NCBI GenBank assembly: GCA_010031785.1
Contig: RGZA01000003.1
Span: forward strand, 599 to 32,598
Length of the DNA stretch: 32,000 nucleotides
Direction of reading: 5' to 3'
From: Alphaproteobacteria bacterium
GTDB lineage: Bacteria; Pseudomonadota; Alphaproteobacteria; UBA9219; RGZA01
Shown in pieces: positions 28,130 to 32,000 of this stretch (positions are counted from its first letter, which is position 1; each line of letters begins with the position of its first letter). The notes below the pieces were generated by a model, which saw only the letters and a program-made list of their open reading frames with translations, was not told the DNA's origin and ran no database searches. The position numbers and the translations under genes were made by a program.

Positions 28130-28458
28130 ACGCCTAATCCCTTTTTTAAGTTAGCCACATGGCTTTCACCGCATGACAATACACAAAACATAAAACGCCA
28201 AACGCATGACTGCCTTTGGCTTGAAGGAGAGAAATTGATCTTTGCGCATCATTCAAGCAGTAAAAACCGCTAAAACGGCAACTCCGCGTTGCGCTAAACC
28301 AGTGACTTCTCTCGAGAAACTCGATTACTCAATACTTAAAAACGACCTAGCAGGAAGCGCATCAGCACATGATCAACCTGTTGAAAGCGCCTTTGTTTGT
28401 TGTGTTTTCAGCATGTCGGTGGACATTTTCGAAAGCAGAACACTCATAAAGCGCGCGC

Positions 28459-28487
28459 ATATTATGTATTCGGTACACCCGCGTCAA
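28459..28487 (-). promoter_or_regulatory. near-consensus sigma70-type promoter upstream of the str operon
   Basis: Minus strand reads TTGACG (28482-28487), 17 nt, TAATAT (28459-28464), preceded by an A/T-rich tract (aaagcctttaaataaa). It lies about 325 nt upstream of the rpsL ATG. Confidence 0.55.
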
Positions 28488-28562
28488 GCGTTTATTTAAA
28501 GGCTTTTTTAATAAAGATTCCGGCCTCACACCCACCCAAAAATTGGGACAAGCACCCCTAAT

Positions 28563-29279
28563 TTAATTTTCCTTAACTGCGCCAAAGGCAGCAAAACAGC
28601 TGTTTTTATGCAAAACCTCGACATTACAAAACCCAACTTTGCGCAATAAATCCAGTTGAAACATCAAAGAACGAGGAGAATCTTCCTGTGCGATATAATC
28701 GAATACCTTATCACGATATGCCTCGTCTTTCAGATTAGAAAGATAAACACCATAACGCTTCCACATCATCGCTTGCACACGTGCATCCGAATGCTCGATT
28801 AAATCTGAAATCCAGATGGAGCCCTGTTGCTTAAGCGACGCATGCAGTTTAGTAAACACCGCTTCCCATTCGGCTGTTTCGCGCAAATGGTGCAAAACCG
28901 CTGACGCACATATGATATCAAATTGGGATTCCCCAATGTTTAGTTCGCGCACATCCGCTTGAATAGCAGTCACCTTGCCCGATGTTACAAGACTAACGCG
29001 CTCTACCGCACGTTCCAACATGGGCGCACTAAGGTCTATGAGCGTTACATTCAGATTTGGCAAACGTTCCAATATTTTAAGGGAATAATTGCCAGCTCCA
29101 CAGCCAACATCAAGCAACGACGTTGCTGTGGCAGGAGCCAAGCTTGAGGCTGCTTCAGCGATCAACGCAAGCGATAACGGTGCATCAATCGTAGCCGATT
29201 GTCCCGTTTCAAGATTTGAAAAACGCTCAACATCAGCATCAAAGCGTTCACGAATTTGCGCTACGGTGGATTTATTCAT
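28563..29279 (-). CDS. class I SAM-dependent methyltransferase
   Basis: 238 aa. Motif I LLDVGCGAGNYS, post-I acidic LIDLS, and a later block FDIICASAVLHHL. The overall layout resembles CmoA-like small-molecule/tRNA methyltransferases, but the substrate cannot be inferred. Confidence 0.75.
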   Translation of the reverse strand: MNKSTVAQIRERFDADVERFSNLETGQSATIDAPLSLALIAEAASSLAPATATSLLDVGCGAGNYSLKILERLPNLNVTLIDLSAPMLERAVERVSLVTSGKVTAIQADVRELNIGESQFDIICASAVLHHLRETAEWEAVFTKLHASLKQQGSIWISDLIEHSDARVQAMMWKRYGVYLSNLKDEAYRDKVFDYIAQEDSPRSLMFQLDLLRKVGFCNVEVLHKNSCFAAFGAVKEN

Positions 29280-29368
29280 TGCGTTAATCCTCTAATTAAA
29301 ATGGCATTTTTTGCATTCTCTAAATCTAACAAATATTTATACCAAACAATCTCTATTGTTTTAAAGGC

Positions 29369-29767
29369 TCAACTTTTTTGCCAATCAATCTTACCGCCCA
29401 TTTTTTTGATTTGCTGCTCAATTTCTGGGGTAATTTGTTTTAGAACCTCCGGCCATGGAAGACGGCTCCACCCCGATGTAGCAAGAAAAATAATATCACC
29501 CTGAACATGAAACAGAATCGTAGTTTCAGTTCCCAAAACCTGCATATGCGAAAGCACGGCAGAAAAATGCACAGGGTCAATCGTACCTAGACGATGCGGC
29601 TTTTCTAGTTTTTTAATAAAGGCATCCACTTTTTCAAACCATTTGCGTGCAAACACTTCCCCTTCGGTTTGCTCAAGATAATCCATAGTTTTATAAATAC
29701 TCATATCAAACTCGGTCGTTCGCCGAATACGATACTGCTTATGCAAAATAGGAACGCTGCGCTTCAC
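29369..29767 (-). CDS. RelE/ParE-superfamily toxin-like protein with a ~30-aa C-terminal extension
   Basis: 132 aa with a 4-nt overlap onto the upstream antitoxin gene. The N-terminal helical hairpin pattern YRIRRTTEFDMSIYKTMDYLEQ...FARKWFEKVDAFIKKLEKPHRLG and the beta segment TTILFHVQGDIIFLATSG resemble ParE/RelE folds. The usual catalytic/basic C-terminal residues are not evident. Confidence 0.5.
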   Translation of the reverse strand: MKRSVPILHKQYRIRRTTEFDMSIYKTMDYLEQTEGEVFARKWFEKVDAFIKKLEKPHRLGTIDPVHFSAVLSHMQVLGTETTILFHVQGDIIFLATSGWSRLPWPEVLKQITPEIEQQIKKMGGKIDWQKS

Positions 29768-30054
29768 TTTTTGCGGCGCTCACTGCGGCGCTTGGCAATA
29801 TGCTGCATGCTTTCTTGCAATAACCGCTCCCCATCATATTCACGGTGATGGCCATTCACGACATCCGCCATGCCGCGCCTAACGCTGGCTGATAATTCTG
29901 ATTGACGCGCATTTTCCATCGCTTCAAAATCATGTGCAGACACATAATAACCCACAGGCCTGCCGTGACTGGTTACTTCAATCGGCTCTCGCTGTACTTC
30001 CTGATTGCGGCGACCAAAATTATTGACAAATTCCGTGGCTGTAAGGGTAATCAT
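29764..30054 (-). CDS. Phd/YefM-family type II antitoxin
   Basis: 96 aa. MITLTATEFVNNFGRRNQEVQREPIEVTSHGRPVGYYVSAHDFEAME is a typical Phd/YefM N-terminal domain. The C-terminus is basic and probably disordered. Confidence 0.75.
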   Translation of the reverse strand: MITLTATEFVNNFGRRNQEVQREPIEVTSHGRPVGYYVSAHDFEAMENARQSELSASVRRGMADVVNGHHREYDGERLLQESMQHIAKRRSERRKK

Positions 30055-30077
30055 CGTTATCTCCTTAAATTACCCCT

Positions 30078-30105
30078 ATAATACCTAAATTATGGATTTT
30101 GTCAA
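30078..30105 (-). promoter_or_regulatory. near-consensus promoter for the toxin-antitoxin operon
   Basis: Minus strand reads TTGACA (30100-30105), 16 nt, TATTAT (30078-30083), then AAGGAG before ATG 30054. An imperfect inverted repeat (ccataat...attatagg) overlaps the -10 and could be an operator. Confidence 0.55.
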
Positions 30106-30186
30106 GCTGCGCACTTATATTGACGAGCGAGTCCAGCTTGCCCATACTCTCCCTCTCCTACCCCTCCCCTAATTAAGGTTTTCTCC

Positions 30187-30774
30187 ATGACAAAGATTCT
30201 TGAAAAGCTTTATCCCGCGCTGGCATTGGGTATTTTGCTCGCATTGGCTGCTGTATATGGCCTGCACAACCACCTAATGAATGATGCGGCACAATTTGCG
30301 CTGCTGCATATTAATTTTGCAGTATGGCTGCATGTTATCTCCGGCATTCTGTGGATTGGCCTGTTGTGGTATTTCAACTTTGTACAAATCCCCACCATGC
30401 CGAAAATCCCTGCTGAACTAAAGCCGGCGGTTGGTAAATTCATTGCCCCTGAAGCCCTATTCTGGTTCCGCTGGTCAGCTTTAGCCACTGTTATTACAGG
30501 TCTTTTGGTTGCATATCTGAAAGGCTATCTGGTTACCGCCCTATCCTTTGAAGGCAATATTACGATCGGTATCGGCATGTGGCTTGCCCTCATTATGGCA
30601 GCCAATGTCTGGTTCATCATCTGGCCTAACCAGAAGAAAGCATTGGGAATCGTTGTGGTGGATGATGCTACCAAGGCAAAGGCCGCACGCATCGCAATGC
30701 TTGGCAGCCGCACTAATTTTGTACTGTCCCTGCCGATGCTGTACTGCATGGTATCGCAAAACATCGCGGGATAA
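30187..30774 (+). CDS. integral membrane protein, possibly COG3748 / urate-hydroxylase (PuuD) N-terminal-domain-like
   Basis: 195 aa with 4-5 TM helices. The block HVISGILWIGLLWYFNFVQ resembles, from memory, the conserved signature of that membrane family. No cytochrome c CxxCH motif is present. Confidence 0.5.
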   Translation: MTKILEKLYPALALGILLALAAVYGLHNHLMNDAAQFALLHINFAVWLHVISGILWIGLLWYFNFVQIPTMPKIPAELKPAVGKFIAPEALFWFRWSALATVITGLLVAYLKGYLVTALSFEGNITIGIGMWLALIMAANVWFIIWPNQKKALGIVVVDDATKAKAARIAMLGSRTNFVLSLPMLYCMVSQNIAG

Positions 30775-30793
30775 TTACATATCTCTCATAAAC

Positions 30794-30827
30794 AAAAAGG
30801 GCGGCCCTATCAGCCGCCCTTTTTTTC
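30794..30827 (+). terminator. rho-independent terminator
   Basis: Stem gggcggc (30799-30805) / gccgccc (30813-30819), a 7-nt loop, then a run of seven T (30820-30826). An A-run precedes the stem, so it may work in both directions. It lies 20 nt after the stop at 30774. Confidence 0.8.
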
Positions 30828-30958
30828 ATGTGTGCCACATAAGTAGTTTAAGAAATTGACAGAAATACCCGTAGTCTATTATTGAAAAGCCTTGTAAATT
30901 AAGACAATAACCAAAGCACCCATAATTATTAGCCTATTGTTATAGGAGAATTTCAACC

Positions 30959-31513
30959 ATGTTTAATATTACCGATACAAATAGGCGAGATTTATTTTTT
31001 TCTTCGGGATACCTCTACTATTCAGTTAACGAAGTAGTATGCGTTGGTTATAATTTTAAAATCGCCTGCGTAGAAGTAGTTAGTGGCGATGATTATGAAA
31101 TACATTTTGTGCATAAAGATGATACCATAGTCTCTCGTAATTTACTGATTACTATAGACAATGGAAGTGGATCCTATGTCATTCCAAATTCTGGTCTTCT
31201 CAGCACAATTCAACATTCTAATCTTACTCCTCCATGGACGGCTAATCATTGTGTAATACCGAAAGATCGCATTTTGGATAAAGGCATTTTGGATAAAGGC
31301 ATTATTCAATCTATGGCCGCGGGCATGGAGATAGGCATTACAGTTGGACAGGAATGTACCGTTAGAAAATACAGCTCATTTCCTAAGCGCTGTGGAAGCG
31401 TTGTCGGTTATAGTGAAAGCATCGCGCCATACCCAACTTCTCCAACTTTTGTAGTACACTTCAATGGCAAAACAATAACCAAATCACCATTAGCCATGCC
31501 CAGTATTGCTTAA
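30959..31513 (+). CDS. hypothetical protein (orphan, AT-rich)
   Basis: 184-aa ORF with AGGAG 10 nt upstream. Candidate promoter TTGACA (30856-30861), 15 nt, TATTAT (30877-30882). No recognisable motif. Contains an in-frame perfect tandem duplication (ILDKG ILDKG). Confidence 0.5.
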   Translation: MFNITDTNRRDLFFSSGYLYYSVNEVVCVGYNFKIACVEVVSGDDYEIHFVHKDDTIVSRNLLITIDNGSGSYVIPNSGLLSTIQHSNLTPPWTANHCVIPKDRILDKGILDKGIIQSMAAGMEIGITVGQECTVRKYSSFPKRCGSVVGYSESIAPYPTSPTFVVHFNGKTITKSPLAMPSIA

Positions 31514-31533
31514 AACAACTTTTATAAGAACAT

Positions 31534-32000
31534 TTACGCGCTTGCTTGCAGCCCCGCGCATTTCAGCAAATCAAGATCAGCAATCGTATCATTATTGGGC
31601 GTGGTGAGCAGCTTTTCGCCATAAAAGAACGAATTCGCACCCGCCAGCAGGCACAGCAATTGCGCTTCGCGGCTTAAGGTTGAACGTCCTGCCGATAAAC
31701 GCACACGCGCATTTGGCATTGTAATGCGCGCTACAGCTACCATGCGCACCAGATCAATCGGGTCCACCGGCTTTTGTTTTTCCATTTTATCTCCCAGGGG
31801 CGTGCCCTTAACAGCCACCAGCGCATTAATCGGAACACTTTCGGGGTGCGGCGTGAGATTGGATAAGGTCTGCAACAAACTTGCACGATCTTTTGTGGTT
31901 TCACCCATACCAATAATACCACCGGTACACACCGTAATTCCTGCATCGCGCACATGCGATAAGGTTGCCAACCGGTCATCATAATCACGCGTCGTGATCA
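31534..32000 (-). CDS. bioB: biotin synthase, C-terminal part (partial, continues beyond window end)
   Basis: [49 protein letters not shown]...[16 protein letters not shown]...[17 protein letters not shown] matches BioB. The frame stays open upstream of the track's Met to base 32000. Confidence 0.9.
   Translation of the reverse strand, partial: ITTRDYDDRLATLSHVRDAGITVCTGGIIGMGETTKDRASLLQTLSNLTPHPESVPINALVAVKGTPLGDKMEKQKPVDPIDLVRMVAVARITMPNARVRLSAGRSTLSREAQLLCLLAGANSFFYGEKLLTTPNNDTIADLDLLKCAGLQASA

Noticed and set aside
28242-28499. 85-aa plus-strand ORF in the rpsL upstream region
   Set aside because: It has no SD and runs antisense through the predicted str promoter and leader. Its composition resembles non-coding sequence.
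1-32000. tRNA, rRNA, integrase/transposase genes or CRISPR arrays
   Set aside because: I saw no cloverleaf-type sequence, rRNA-like segment, recombinase motif or regularly spaced repeat array by eye. A tRNAscan/Infernal run would be needed to exclude small RNAs formally.

Overview
This window is mostly the bacterial str-S10-spc-alpha ribosomal protein supercluster, all on the minus strand. The EF-Tu and r-protein sequences and the gene order secY-adk-rpsM (no rpsD before rpoA) look alphaproteobacterial. Gene order is rpsL, a disrupted rpsG, fusA, tuf, rpsJ-rplC-rplD-rplW-rplB-rpsS-rplV-rpsC-rplP-rpmC-rpsQ, then rplN-rplX-rplE-rpsN-rpsH-rplF-rplR-rpsE-rplO-secY-adk. After a ~5 kb insert come rpsM-rpsK-rpoA-rplQ, followed on the same strand by a Cys-rich lipoprotein, sugE, htrA/degP, rarA and the 5' part of nadB (not in the ORF track).

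The insert between adk and rpsM carries an MFS transporter, a three-gene phosphorelay and a ybjQ/small-membrane-protein pair. The phosphorelay is CheY-like, CheX-like and a membrane PAS-HPt-CheA-type kinase without a CheW domain. Upstream of rpsL lies an accessory patch: a SAM methyltransferase, a Phd/YefM plus ParE/RelE-like toxin-antitoxin pair, a membrane protein, an AT-rich orphan ORF and the 3' part of bioB.

The most notable observations are:
- rpsG (S7) lacks its central ~200 bp and its two remnants are out of frame.
- The sensory kinase cassette sits inside the ribosomal cluster.
- A 158-bp perfect nested inverted-repeat element covers the htrA start.
- rpmD (L30) is absent between rpsE and rplO.
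- Several unusually long, structured or repeat-bearing spacers occur inside r-protein operons.

All calls rest on reading the sequence and recognising motifs. No database or HMM search was possible.
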